NCBI GenBank assembly: GCA_964552045.1
Contig: CAZKFF010000002.1
Location: 3,855-67,854, forward strand
DNA length: 64,000 nucleotides
Reading direction: 5' to 3'
From: an uncultured Candidatus Saccharibacteria bacterium
GTDB taxonomy: Bacteria; Patescibacteriota; Minisyncoccia; Phycocordibacterales; UBA918
Positions within the stretch are counted from its first letter, which is position 1. The number at the start of each line of letters is the position of its first letter. The translations under genes and the position numbers were made by a program. The notes under the pieces are model-generated. The model ran no database searches and was not told the DNA's origin. It saw only the letters and a program-made list of their open reading frames with translations. Below, in pieces: positions 18,910-28,071 of this stretch.

Positions 18910-18910
18910 T

Positions 18911-19585
18911 ATGTCACGGGCAACATTCATCGTATTGGACGGGAAAGACGGTGCAGGGAAGGCGACCCAGACGGCTTTGCTTGTTGCGCGATTGCGCAGT
19001 GAGGGAAGACAGATAGGGACGCTCGACTTTCCGCAGTACACGGTCAATACCTATGGCAAACTCATAAAGGAATGTCTGCAGGGGGAACACGGCGACTTTT
19101 TGGCTGTCGATCCAAGGGTAGCTTCGACTCTCTATGCGGTTGACCGTTTCGAATCCAAAGGACTCTTGCTTGAACTGCTCGCACAGAATGATGTGGTTAT
19201 ACTCGACCGGTATGTGAGCGCGAATATGCTGCATCAAGGTGCCCAGATCGCTGATATGCAGGAACGCCAGGATTTCCTTTTGTGGCTCGAGCATGTCGAG
19301 TACGGTATTTTCGGCATGCCCAAGCCCGACCGCACTATCTCGCTTTCCGTCTCTCCTGAGGACAGCGATGCGATCCTTTTGCGGATGATTGAAGAAGGAA
19401 AAAAGGCAGCGGATGTCGCAGAGTCTGACCGGGAACACCAGAGGCGTGTTGCAGAGTGCCTCCAGTGGCTTGCATCTGTCAAGGAGGATTGGAGTACGGT
19501 ACACTGTAGCAGCGGAATAGACGGGCTCCGGTCGCGTGAAGACATCCATGAAGAGATCTACGGGCTCGTCCAGGAATTACTATAG
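18911..19585 (+). CDS. tmk: Thymidylate kinase
   Basis: P-loop FIVLDGKDGAGKATQ and DRY motif. Confidence 0.9.
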   Translation: MSRATFIVLDGKDGAGKATQTALLVARLRSEGRQIGTLDFPQYTVNTYGKLIKECLQGEHGDFLAVDPRVASTLYAVDRFESKGLLLELLAQNDVVILDRYVSANMLHQGAQIADMQERQDFLLWLEHVEYGIFGMPKPDRTISLSVSPEDSDAILLRMIEEGKKAADVAESDREHQRRVAECLQWLASVKEDWSTVHCSSGIDGLRSREDIHEEIYGLVQELL

Positions 19586-19641
19586 GCTTATGTTGTAATG
19601 CGCTTTACAAAACAGACGTTACTTACTAATGGTTTTTACCC

Positions 19642-20910
19642 ATGAATGAATATCACTACATCAAAGCGCAGGACGAGGAGATCTACACCGCGATAACGGG
19701 GGAGGAACAGCGGGAAATACGCGGACTCGAACTCATCCCGAGCGAGAACTATGTCTCCAAAGCCGTCCGTGAAGCGAACGGCTCGGTCTTGACCAATAAA
19801 TACTCCGAAGGTTACCCGGGCAAGCGCTATTACGGAGGCCAGACTTATACCGACATCGTTGAGACCATTGCCATGGAACGGGCGAAGCAGTTGTTCAACT
19901 GTGAGTATGCGAATGTGCAGCCGTTGTCGGGTGCACCGGCAAACGTCGCGATGTACTTCGCGCTTATGGAACCAGGAGACACGGTTTTGGGGATGGACCT
20001 TTCGCACGGCGGACATCTCACGCACGGACATCCGACCACCGCGATCAATAAGGTATTCAACTTCGTCCGCTACAAGATGAAGAACGTGGATACCGGCGAG
20101 ATCGATTACGATGAGCTTCGGGCAGTGGCGCTTGAACACAAGCCGAAGATCATTCTTGCTGGATTCTCCGCCTACTCACGCGAGCTCGATTATAAGAAGT
20201 TTGTAGCCATCGCCCGGGAAGTGGGCGCGTATGCGGTGGCTGATATGGCGCACATTGCGGGCCTCATCGCAGGCGGAGTTGCACGCAATCCGTTTGATGA
20301 CGGATTCGATGTCATCACCACGACCACGCATAAGACGCTGCGCGGACCTCGAGGCGGCATGATCCTCGTACGTGAAAGCGAGGAGATCGCAAAAAAGATC
20401 AACAAGGCCGTATTCCCGGGGCTGCAGGGAGGGCCGCATATGAATGTGATCGCGGCGAAAGCGGTTGCGTTCGGTGAGGCGCTTGCTCCTGCGTTCAAGG
20501 AATATGCACAGCAAATACTGAAGAATGCGAAAGCAATGGAAGCGGTGTTCAAAATGGAGGGCATTCGCATGCTCGGAGGGGGTACCGACAACCACCTCAT
20601 TCTTGCCGATGTGTACGGCAGCCTGGGCGTCACCGGGCAGGAGGCGGAGACAGTGCTCGACGAGGTGGGCATCACGCTCAATAAGAATATGATCGCGGAC
20701 GAAACACGCAGCGCGCTTGATCCCTCGGGCATCCGCTTCGGTACGCCGGCGATGACCACGCGCGGGATGCATGAAAAAGAGGCGACACTTGTTGCCACAC
20801 TCATGATCGATACGCTCCGCAACAGGGGTGATGTGCAGAAGAAAAATAAGAACAAGGGAGCGGTAGAAGAGCTGTGCAGAGCCTTCCCGGTGCCTGAATC
20901 GTTCATATAG
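19642..20910 (+). CDS. glyA: Serine hydroxymethyltransferase
   Basis: 422 aa; PLP-lysine region TTTTHKTLRGPRGG and SENYVS motif. Confidence 0.95.
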   Translation: MNEYHYIKAQDEEIYTAITGEEQREIRGLELIPSENYVSKAVREANGSVLTNKYSEGYPGKRYYGGQTYTDIVETIAMERAKQLFNCEYANVQPLSGAPANVAMYFALMEPGDTVLGMDLSHGGHLTHGHPTTAINKVFNFVRYKMKNVDTGEIDYDELRAVALEHKPKIILAGFSAYSRELDYKKFVAIAREVGAYAVADMAHIAGLIAGGVARNPFDDGFDVITTTTHKTLRGPRGGMILVRESEEIAKKINKAVFPGLQGGPHMNVIAAKAVAFGEALAPAFKEYAQQILKNAKAMEAVFKMEGIRMLGGGTDNHLILADVYGSLGVTGQEAETVLDEVGITLNKNMIADETRSALDPSGIRFGTPAMTTRGMHEKEATLVATLMIDTLRNRGDVQKKNKNKGAVEELCRAFPVPESFI

Positions 20911-20921
20911 AAGTCAGATAC

Positions 20922-20952
20922 AAAAACCACCGTCCCACCAGCGGTGTTTTTG
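20922..20952 (+). terminator. Probable intrinsic terminator after glyA
   Basis: caccg/cggtg hairpin followed by TTTTT. Confidence 0.5.
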
Positions 20953-20989
20953 CTGTGCTTGCTTTTATTCACATATAGTGTAGTATCTT

Positions 20990-21166
20990 CACTCCTGGTG
21001 GTTTCTCCGGACCTGCACCCCGCCCCCTTAGGTCTGTTGCAGAGATCATTAGCCCCCGAGACGGCCGCACCTGTGTGGCGCTCTGGGAGGAGGTGTCACA
21101 AAACATAGGGCGGCCGTCTCGGACTCACAACCGGGACGTTTTTTATTTTCTCTCACCTCGGGTATA
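20990..21166 (+). promoter_or_regulatory. Candidate riboswitch- or attenuator-type leader with mutually exclusive antiterminator and terminator helices
   Basis: Putative promoter (TTGCTT-16-TAGTAT) at ~20959-20987; 11-bp helix 21058-21068/21110-21120 overlaps the 5' arm of terminator hairpin 21116-21137 plus T-run; terminator ends 11 nt before ATG 21177. Confidence 0.35.
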
Positions 21167-21176
21167 CAATGAACCA

Positions 21177-22262
21177 ATGGTACGAAGACTCAAGGAACTG
21201 TTTGAAAAGCACCGGCATCATTTTTTGACCGTCGCCTTCGTCTTTGGGTTCATTGTCGATAATCTCACGCTCACGCGCGTTGACCAGCTGTTTGATAACG
21301 CCATCCTGCTTACATATATAGTGCTCGCAATGGGGAGCTTCCTTATGCTGTATGCGGGCAGCGCCGGGAAGTTTCCCGAAAAGATGAATCATGCAGTCCG
21401 GCGATATGCGCCGCTTTTCACGCAGTACGCGTTCGGCGGACTCTTCTCCGGCATGCTTATATTCTACGGCCGGAGCGGTTCCTGGATGGTAAGCTGGCCG
21501 TTTTTGCTCATCATTCTTGGCGTCATTTGGGGCAATGAGACGATCAAAGACCGGGTACAGCGGCTCTTGTTTAATATCGCCATGCTCTTCGTGGGACTCT
21601 TTTCATATGTGGTTCTGATCGTGCCGGTTGTTGTGGGGGCAATGGGGGCGCTGGTGTTTGTTGGCAGCGGCATCTTGGCATTGTGCATCATGCTGCTGTT
21701 CATCCGCGTGCTTGCGCTTATTGTGCCGAGGTTCATCGCGCTCCATCAGCGCGCGCTTATCTTTATGATCGGCCTCATTTTTGCGCTGTTCAATTTCTTA
21801 TATTTCGCCAATATCATCCCGCCCATCCCGCTGTCGCTGAAGCAGGTGGGCGTCTACCACAGCGTGGTGCGCTTTGAGGACGGTTCATACCAGCTGAAGT
21901 ACGAGGAGGGCGACTGGTGGCAGTTCTACAAAGCATCAGACGACATCTTCCATCCGGTAGCGGGCGGCAATGTATTCTGCTTCGCGAAAGTGTTCGCCCC
22001 AACGACCATCCAGACCGATATCTATCACACGTGGGAATATTATTCAGAGGACGAGGGGAAGTGGATCGAGCATGCGCGGCTCTCGTATCCGATCGTCGGC
22101 GGCGGCGCTGAGGGCTACCGCGGGTATACGCTTATAGAGAATTACCGCGACGGCACTTGGCGGTGTACTGTGGAGACTGCCCGTGGACAGGTGCTCGGAC
22201 GGGAGGTGTTCAAGGTGGATACGCAGCATCCAGTGCGGGAATTCCAGACGCGCCGCGAATAG
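21177..22262 (+). CDS. Polytopic membrane protein with C-terminal soluble domain (possibly DUF2914-like)
   Basis: Start at the internal MVRRLKELF; multiple TM helices followed by a ~130-aa globular C-terminus. Confidence 0.55.
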   Translation: MVRRLKELFEKHRHHFLTVAFVFGFIVDNLTLTRVDQLFDNAILLTYIVLAMGSFLMLYAGSAGKFPEKMNHAVRRYAPLFTQYAFGGLFSGMLIFYGRSGSWMVSWPFLLIILGVIWGNETIKDRVQRLLFNIAMLFVGLFSYVVLIVPVVVGAMGALVFVGSGILALCIMLLFIRVLALIVPRFIALHQRALIFMIGLIFALFNFLYFANIIPPIPLSLKQVGVYHSVVRFEDGSYQLKYEEGDWWQFYKASDDIFHPVAGGNVFCFAKVFAPTTIQTDIYHTWEYYSEDEGKWIEHARLSYPIVGGGAEGYRGYTLIENYRDGTWRCTVETARGQVLGREVFKVDTQHPVREFQTRRE

Positions 22263-22304
22263 TGATGGATAAATATCCGGTTTTGATATAGTGTAGCTAC
22301 CAAT

Positions 22305-23984
22305 ATGGAAGATGTCATCAGAACGGCAGTGGCGGACGCACTTGTGAAGCTCGGATTCACGGGGAAGGATTTCGTGATCGAGCATCCGGAAAATCTCGCG
22401 TTCGGCGACTACGCGTGCAACGCGGCGATGGTTTGTGCCAAACAGGCGGGGAAGAATCCGCGAGCGCTTGCAGAGGAGATCAGAGACGCACTTGCTGGGC
22501 AGATCGAATACGTGGAGCGCATCGAGGTTGCCGGAGCGGGCTTTTTGAATTTTTACCTCGCGCGCGAATTTTTCGCTGAAGAGATCGCCCGGATCGCAGC
22601 ACTCAAAGAGAACTGGGGAAGAAACGCACTCTGCGAAGACACAATGGTGCTTCTTGAATACACGAGCCCGAACCTGTTCAAGCCGTTGCATGTTGGCAAC
22701 CTGGTCGGCAACATCGTGGGCGAGGCTATAAGCAGGCTGTTCGCTTTCTGCGGTGCGGAGGTCAAGCGCATCAACTACCCGTCGGATATCGGTCTTACGG
22801 TAGCAAAGGGTGTCTGGGGTCTGCAGCAGACTGGCGGCGATCCCGAAGACATCCTTGCGCTCGGAGAAGCATATCGCGTCGGCAATGATGCCTACGAGCA
22901 CAATGCGGATGCGAAGCTGCAGATCGAGTCGGTGAACCGCTCTCTGTATGCGGGTGATGATGCGGCGCTCAATGAGCTCCGTGCAAAAGGATTGCGCACT
23001 TCAAAAGCGAAGCTCGATGCGCTGTGCGCGCTGCTCGGCACCTCATTCGATGCGGTCATCTACGAAAGTGAAGCTGGCCCGCAGGGGACACAGATCGTAA
23101 AAGCGCACACCGGAACGGTGTTTGAAGAAAGCGAGGGTGCAATTGTCTATAAGGGAGAAAAAGCAGGACTGCACACTCGCGTGTTCCTCAATTCGCAGGG
23201 CCTGCCGACATATGAAGCGAAGGATTTGGGCAATTTTGCGATCAAGCAGGAGCGGTACCCACAGTGGGATGTTTCCATTATCGTTACCGGCAATGAGCAG
23301 AGTGAGTACTTCAAGGTCGAGTACGCGGCCATCCGGGATGTGTTCGGCGTGCCTGAGCACAAAAAGCTCGTGCATATTCCGACAGGTTTCCTCACGCTCA
23401 CAACCGGCAAGATGTCCTCGCGCAAAGGAAACGTGCTCACGGGCGAATCGCTCCTGGAAGCACTGCAGGAAGAATCGAAGAAACGCGCCGAAGAGAGCCG
23501 TGCAGAAGATGTCCGTGCGCTTGCAGAGATGGTCGCGGTTGCCGCTCTGAAGTATCAGATCCTCAAACACGGTATCGGTTCGAACATTGTCTTCGACAAA
23601 GAGAAAGCACTTTCATTCGAGGGCGATTCCGGTCCGTATCTGCAGTACACGTATGCCCGCATCGGTTCAGTAATCGAAAAGGCGCAGGCGGTTGGCATCG
23701 CGCCATCTGTTGCCGTACCACCGGCAATCGTATACGACATTGAGAAGGTGCTGTACCGTTTTGAAGAAGTGGTGCGCGATGCGATCGAAGCGTATGAACC
23801 GCAGGGCATCATCACGTATCTGACGCAGCTGTGCGGCATGTTCAATTCATTTTATGCTCATGAGAAGATCGCTGATGCAGATGATGTGTATGCGCCGTAT
23901 AAATTGGCCCTGGCACAGAGCGTCCGCTTGACGCTCCACAACGGCCTGTCTGTCCTCGGCATGCAGGCTCCCGAACGTATGTAG
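22305..23984 (+). CDS. argS: Arginine--tRNA ligase
   Basis: 559 aa; class I HIGH-like SPNLFKPLHVGN, Arg-tRNA synthetase N-terminal domain, and C-terminal anticodon-binding domain ending ...RM. Confidence 0.95.
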   Translation: MEDVIRTAVADALVKLGFTGKDFVIEHPENLAFGDYACNAAMVCAKQAGKNPRALAEEIRDALAGQIEYVERIEVAGAGFLNFYLAREFFAEEIARIAALKENWGRNALCEDTMVLLEYTSPNLFKPLHVGNLVGNIVGEAISRLFAFCGAEVKRINYPSDIGLTVAKGVWGLQQTGGDPEDILALGEAYRVGNDAYEHNADAKLQIESVNRSLYAGDDAALNELRAKGLRTSKAKLDALCALLGTSFDAVIYESEAGPQGTQIVKAHTGTVFEESEGAIVYKGEKAGLHTRVFLNSQGLPTYEAKDLGNFAIKQERYPQWDVSIIVTGNEQSEYFKVEYAAIRDVFGVPEHKKLVHIPTGFLTLTTGKMSSRKGNVLTGESLLEALQEESKKRAEESRAEDVRALAEMVAVAALKYQILKHGIGSNIVFDKEKALSFEGDSGPYLQYTYARIGSVIEKAQAVGIAPSVAVPPAIVYDIEKVLYRFEEVVRDAIEAYEPQGIITYLTQLCGMFNSFYAHEKIADADDVYAPYKLALAQSVRLTLHNGLSVLGMQAPERM

Positions 23985-24055
23985 TATTCTTTTCGCTTGC
24001 GTTTGCGGCAGTTTTTGCTTTACTAAGAAGTGCCCAGACAGGAAAGGAATCAACG

Positions 24056-24310
24056 ATGATTGCTGGACAATCCTTTAACCTGCTGGAGGCAATCTATCTG
24101 GTAGTCTGGATCGCTGTTCTCTACCTCGTTTGTATGACGGTGCTGCTCAATATCCGCAGCATTGCACGGGCAGCGTGGCGGTTGCTTTCGTCACTGCTGC
24201 AGCCTGCGCTCGCAGTTTTTGCCGAGGGATCGCGCTTCCGTGCGCGTATCCTTCGGCATGAACGCCGCGTGCAGCGTCACCAGGCGTGGATGAAGACGCT
24301 TCCACACTAA
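24056..24310 (+). CDS. Small arginine-rich membrane protein (hypothetical)
   Basis: AGGAAAGGAA SD 7 nt upstream; one or two TM helices. Confidence 0.4.
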   Translation: MIAGQSFNLLEAIYLVVWIAVLYLVCMTVLLNIRSIARAAWRLLSSLLQPALAVFAEGSRFRARILRHERRVQRHQAWMKTLPH

Positions 24311-24390
24311 AGGGGTCAAACAGGGGGTCGCGGCAACGCGCTGCGCCCCCCATCTTTCCAAGGCGATAAAAGATGCTAGGATACAAAGGC

Positions 24391-24430
24391 ATGTCTGATA
24401 CACATGCTTTTATTATGTCTGATATACATA
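24391..24430 (+). promoter_or_regulatory. Tandem 16-bp direct repeats (atgtctgataYacatR) upstream of ileS
   Basis: Two copies 24 bp apart, 14/16 identical, each with ATGT...ACAT terminal symmetry; 11 bp before the ileS ATG. Confidence 0.3.
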
Positions 24431-24440
24431 ACCATCTCAT

Positions 24441-27400
24441 ATGCAAACTCCAAAGAATACCGGCATTGGTGCTGAAAAAAGCGAAGTAGCGCTCCGCGAA
24501 GAGGAGGTGCTTGCGTTCTGGCGCGAGCACGATATTTTTCATAAAAGTCTCACCAAGGAAGCGCCCAAGGGCGATTTTATATTTTATGACGGGCCGCCGT
24601 TTGCAACGGGGCTTCCGCACTACGGCCACATCCTCGCCGGCACGATCAAAGACGCGATCCCGCGCTTCTGGACGATGAACGGCTATCGTGTGCCGCGCAA
24701 GTGGGGATGGGACTGCCATGGGCTTCCGCTTGAGAACCTCATCGAGAAGAAGCTCGGATTGGCGACCAAGCGCGACATAGAAGAGTACGGCGTGCAGAAT
24801 TTCAATGAAGCTGCGCGCGGTGCGGTTTTGGAGTACGCCGATGACTGGCGGCAGATTATTCCCCGCATGGGTCGATGGGTGGATATGGAGGATGACTACA
24901 AGACCATGGACTCGGCCTACACCGAAAGCGTATGGTGGGTATTCTCAGAGCTCCACAAAAAAGGACTGGTATATGAAGGATTCAAAAGCATGCATCTGTG
25001 TCCTCGCTGCGGCACCACGCTCTCAAACTTCGAGGTCAACCAGGGATACAAAGATATCAAGGATATTGCGGTGACGGTAAAGCTGCCGCTCTCTGACGAG
25101 CCCAATACGTCGCTTCTGGTGTGGACTACAACCCCATGGACACTGCCGGGGAACATGGCCGCGGCGGTACATAAAGATGGATTATATGTAAGTGCGACTG
25201 TTGAAAAAGTGGAGGGCCAATTACAGGGATTAGGACTTGCGAAGGGTGAGACATACATCTATGCGCAAGATTGTGAAGCCAATGTCTTTGGAGGAGACTC
25301 GGGAGTTTTAGAAGGGGCAGAGTTCGGCAAACGTGTTATCAACCTGAAAGGAGCAAATATTTATCTAGAGAACTACAAAGAATTTAAGGGATCGGCGCTT
25401 GTCGGGAAAAGGTATGTCCCGCCGTTTGACTATTTCCGCGAGCGTGACTTCGCGGGAAAAGAGAACGCATGGAAGATCTACCATGCGGATTACGTCGAGC
25501 TCGGTGAAGAGGGAACCGGCGCAGTGCATCTCGCTCCCGCATACGGAGAGGACGACATGAACCTCGCAAAGGAGCACAATATCCCGATTGTGCACCATGT
25601 GGACACTGAAGGACACTTCATGGATTTCGTCACTGATTTCGCGGGGCAGCTGGTAAAGCCGAAGGACGACGACGATGCACGCATCACGCACCTTGATGCG
25701 GACATTGAGGTGCTGAAGAAGCTCCAGGAGGAACGGGATGAGTACGGAAGCCGGCTCTTTCGCAAGGAGAACATCACCCACAGTTATCCGCACTGCTGGC
25801 GGTGCGACACGCCGCTTCTGAACTATGCGACCACGTCTTGGTTCGTTGAGGTCACCAAGATCAGGGATCAGCTGGTGGCAGAGAACAGCACGGTGCAGTG
25901 GGTACCTGAGCACGTGGGAACCAGCCGCTTCGGCAAATGGCTGGAGAACGCCCGCGACTGGGCGATCAGCCGGCAGCGCTACTGGGGCGCGCCGCTGCCC
26001 ATCTGGAGGAATCCGAAGACCAAAGAATATAAAGTGTTCGGGTCGCTGCATGACCTGCAGCAGCATGTACGCAAAAGCGGCAATACGTACCTGATCATGC
26101 GCCACGCAGAAGCGCAGAGCAACATAACGGGGCTCATCGATTCCATTCCTGACGAGAACAATCCGCTGACTGAAAAAGGGATAGAGCAGTGCGCAGCGGC
26201 TGCCGCACAGCTGAAGGATAAAAAGGTCGATCTCATTTTCCATTCGGGCATGCAGCGCACGCGAGACACAGCGCTGCGCGTGGCGCAGGCACTCGGACTT
26301 CCCCAGGAGAGTGTCATCGAAGACCGAAGGCTCCAGGAGCTGCAGACCGGCGTGGGTCTTGAAGGGAAAACCTGGGACGATTATGAGGCGCATTTTGAAA
26401 CTCCCGAGGAAAAGTTCACGAAGGTCATTCCGGGGGTTGAGAACCGCACCGATGTGCTCAAGCGCACCGGTGAGTTCCTCTATGAGGTAGACGGGAAGTA
26501 TAGCGGGAACACGATCCTCATCATCGGACATGCGAGCTCGACGTTCTCGCTGCGGAGCGTCGCTGAAGGGGCGGACATCTCCCGCAGTCTGGAAATTCGT
26601 GCGGAGGGGTATATGGAGAACGCGCAGATACTGGAATTGCCGTTCACGCCGATGCCGCACAACGACAGCTACACCCTCGATTATCACCGCCCGTACATTG
26701 ATGCTATACAGCTGTTCGAGAAGGACGGCACGCCGCTTGTGCGCGTGCCTGATGTCTTCGACTGCTGGTTCGAATCGGGATCAATGCCGTATGCGCAGAA
26801 TCATTATCCATTCGAGAACCTTGATGTGTTCAATGCGGCGAACGGAAAGGGATTTCCTGCGCAGTTCATCTCAGAGAGCATCGACCAGACGCGCGGCTGG
26901 TTCTATTCGATGATGGTGCTCGGCGTCGCGCTCTTCGGCAGATCACCGTATGAGCATGTGGTCACCAACGGCCTCGTGCTTGCCGAAGACGGAAAGAAGA
27001 TGTCGAAAAAGCTGCAGAACTATCCGGATCCGGTTGAGCTCGCGAACCGCGTCGGAGCGGACGCCATACGGTTCTATATGCTCTCCTCTTCCATCATTCG
27101 GGGAGAAGATCTCAACTTTTCTGAAAAAGGGGTACTGGAGCTGCAGCGGAAGAACATCGGACGCCTGCACAATGTACTCGCGATGTATGAGATGTTTGCC
27201 GACGCCACGCAGGCGCGCGCTTCTTCAGAACACGTGCTTGACCGCTGGATCGTGTCGCGCCTCCATGAGCTCGTCGCGGAATCGACCCAGGGCTTCAAAA
27301 ACTACGAGCTCGACAAGGCGACCCGTCCGGTGACGGACTTCATCGACGACGTATCCGTATGGTATCTGCGCCGCTCGCGCGACCGGTTCAAGTCAGACGA

Positions 27401-28067
27401 CGAGGCAGACCGCCAGTGCGCACTTTCGACCCTGCGGTATGTGCTTCAGACGCTTGCGCTTGTTCTGGCGCCGTCCATGCCGTTCTACGCCGAGTATCTG
27501 TGGGGAAGGGTGAGGGAGGATGACGCGCCAGAAAGCGTGCATCTTGCTTCCTGGCCGCAGGGAGGAGCGATCGACGCCGATCTTCAGAACGCGATGAAGG
27601 AAGTACGCGATATCGTTTCCCTTGCCCTTGAGGAGCGCACCAGATCGGGTATCAAAGTGCGCCAGCCGCTTTCGATGTTGTTCCTCCGCGAAGACAGCAT
27701 CGTGCGGCACGAACCGTACCGCAGCCTTGTGCTCGATGAAGTGAATGTCAAAGAGATCGATCATAAGCCGCATATTGAGAACAGAGTGGCACTCGATACG
27801 CAGATCACCCCTGAGCTTCGGGCAGAAGGGGACGTCCGTGAATTTGTCCGTCAGGTGCAGGACATGCGCAAACAGGCAGGATTGCAGCCGAGGGACCGCA
27901 TCGTGCTGTGCATCCAGACCTCGAAGGAAGGAGAAATGATGATAGACCTGTACCGTCGGGAGATAGAGAAGATCGTGGGTGCCGAACTGATCGCATTCAG
28001 CGAGAACAATGGGCAGGAGCTGCGCGCCGGCGAGCATTCGTTCACCGTCACGCTCGAGAAGCGATAG
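24441..28067 (+). CDS. ileS: Isoleucine--tRNA ligase carrying an inserted histidine-phosphatase (PGAM-like) domain
   Basis: 1208 aa; HIGH (PHYGH), CP1 editing motifs (TTPWTLP, GTGAVHLAPAYGEDD), WAISRQRYWG, KMSKK; ~200 extra aa (about aa 546-745, nt ~26076-26675) with LIMRHAEAQ and IIGHASS histidine-phosphatase signatures. Confidence 0.9.
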   Translation: MQTPKNTGIGAEKSEVALREEEVLAFWREHDIFHKSLTKEAPKGDFIFYDGPPFATGLPHYGHILAGTIKDAIPRFWTMNGYRVPRKWGWDCHGLPLENLIEKKLGLATKRDIEEYGVQNFNEAARGAVLEYADDWRQIIPRMGRWVDMEDDYKTMDSAYTESVWWVFSELHKKGLVYEGFKSMHLCPRCGTTLSNFEVNQGYKDIKDIAVTVKLPLSDEPNTSLLVWTTTPWTLPGNMAAAVHKDGLYVSATVEKVEGQLQGLGLAKGETYIYAQDCEANVFGGDSGVLEGAEFGKRVINLKGANIYLENYKEFKGSALVGKRYVPPFDYFRERDFAGKENAWKIYHADYVELGEEGTGAVHLAPAYGEDDMNLAKEHNIPIVHHVDTEGHFMDFVTDFAGQLVKPKDDDDARITHLDADIEVLKKLQEERDEYGSRLFRKENITHSYPHCWRCDTPLLNYATTSWFVEVTKIRDQLVAENSTVQWVPEHVGTSRFGKWLENARDWAISRQRYWGAPLPIWRNPKTKEYKVFGSLHDLQQHVRKSGNTYLIMRHAEAQSNITGLIDSIPDENNPLTEKGIEQCAAAAAQLKDKKVDLIFHSGMQRTRDTALRVAQALGLPQESVIEDRRLQELQTGVGLEGKTWDDYEAHFETPEEKFTKVIPGVENRTDVLKRTGEFLYEVDGKYSGNTILIIGHASSTFSLRSVAEGADISRSLEIRAEGYMENAQILELPFTPMPHNDSYTLDYHRPYIDAIQLFEKDGTPLVRVPDVFDCWFESGSMPYAQNHYPFENLDVFNAANGKGFPAQFISESIDQTRGWFYSMMVLGVALFGRSPYEHVVTNGLVLAEDGKKMSKKLQNYPDPVELANRVGADAIRFYMLSSSIIRGEDLNFSEKGVLELQRKNIGRLHNVLAMYEMFADATQARASSEHVLDRWIVSRLHELVAESTQGFKNYELDKATRPVTDFIDDVSVWYLRRSRDRFKSDDEADRQCALSTLRYVLQTLALVLAPSMPFYAEYLWGRVREDDAPESVHLASWPQGGAIDADLQNAMKEVRDIVSLALEERTRSGIKVRQPLSMLFLREDSIVRHEPYRSLVLDEVNVKEIDHKPHIENRVALDTQITPELRAEGDVREFVRQVQDMRKQAGLQPRDRIVLCIQTSKEGEMMIDLYRREIEKIVGAELIAFSENNGQELRAGEHSFTVTLEKR

Positions 28068-28071
28068 GCAG

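Noticed and set aside
20190-20972. Long antisense ORFs inside glyA (and similar ones at 25365-26687 inside ileS, 22044-22901 inside argS, 9672-10328 inside the protease gene, 33406-34407 inside metG, 5535-6035 inside nrdB)
   Set aside because: They lie opposite strongly conserved housekeeping genes, have Arg/Ser/Cys-rich low-complexity translations typical of GC-rich antisense frames, and lack SD sequences
26076-26675. Intein or mobile intron explanation for the ileS insertion
   Set aside because: No Cys/Ser-His-Asn splice-junction residues or homing-endonuclease motifs; the insert instead carries both catalytic-His motifs of a histidine phosphatase, and the reading frame is continuous
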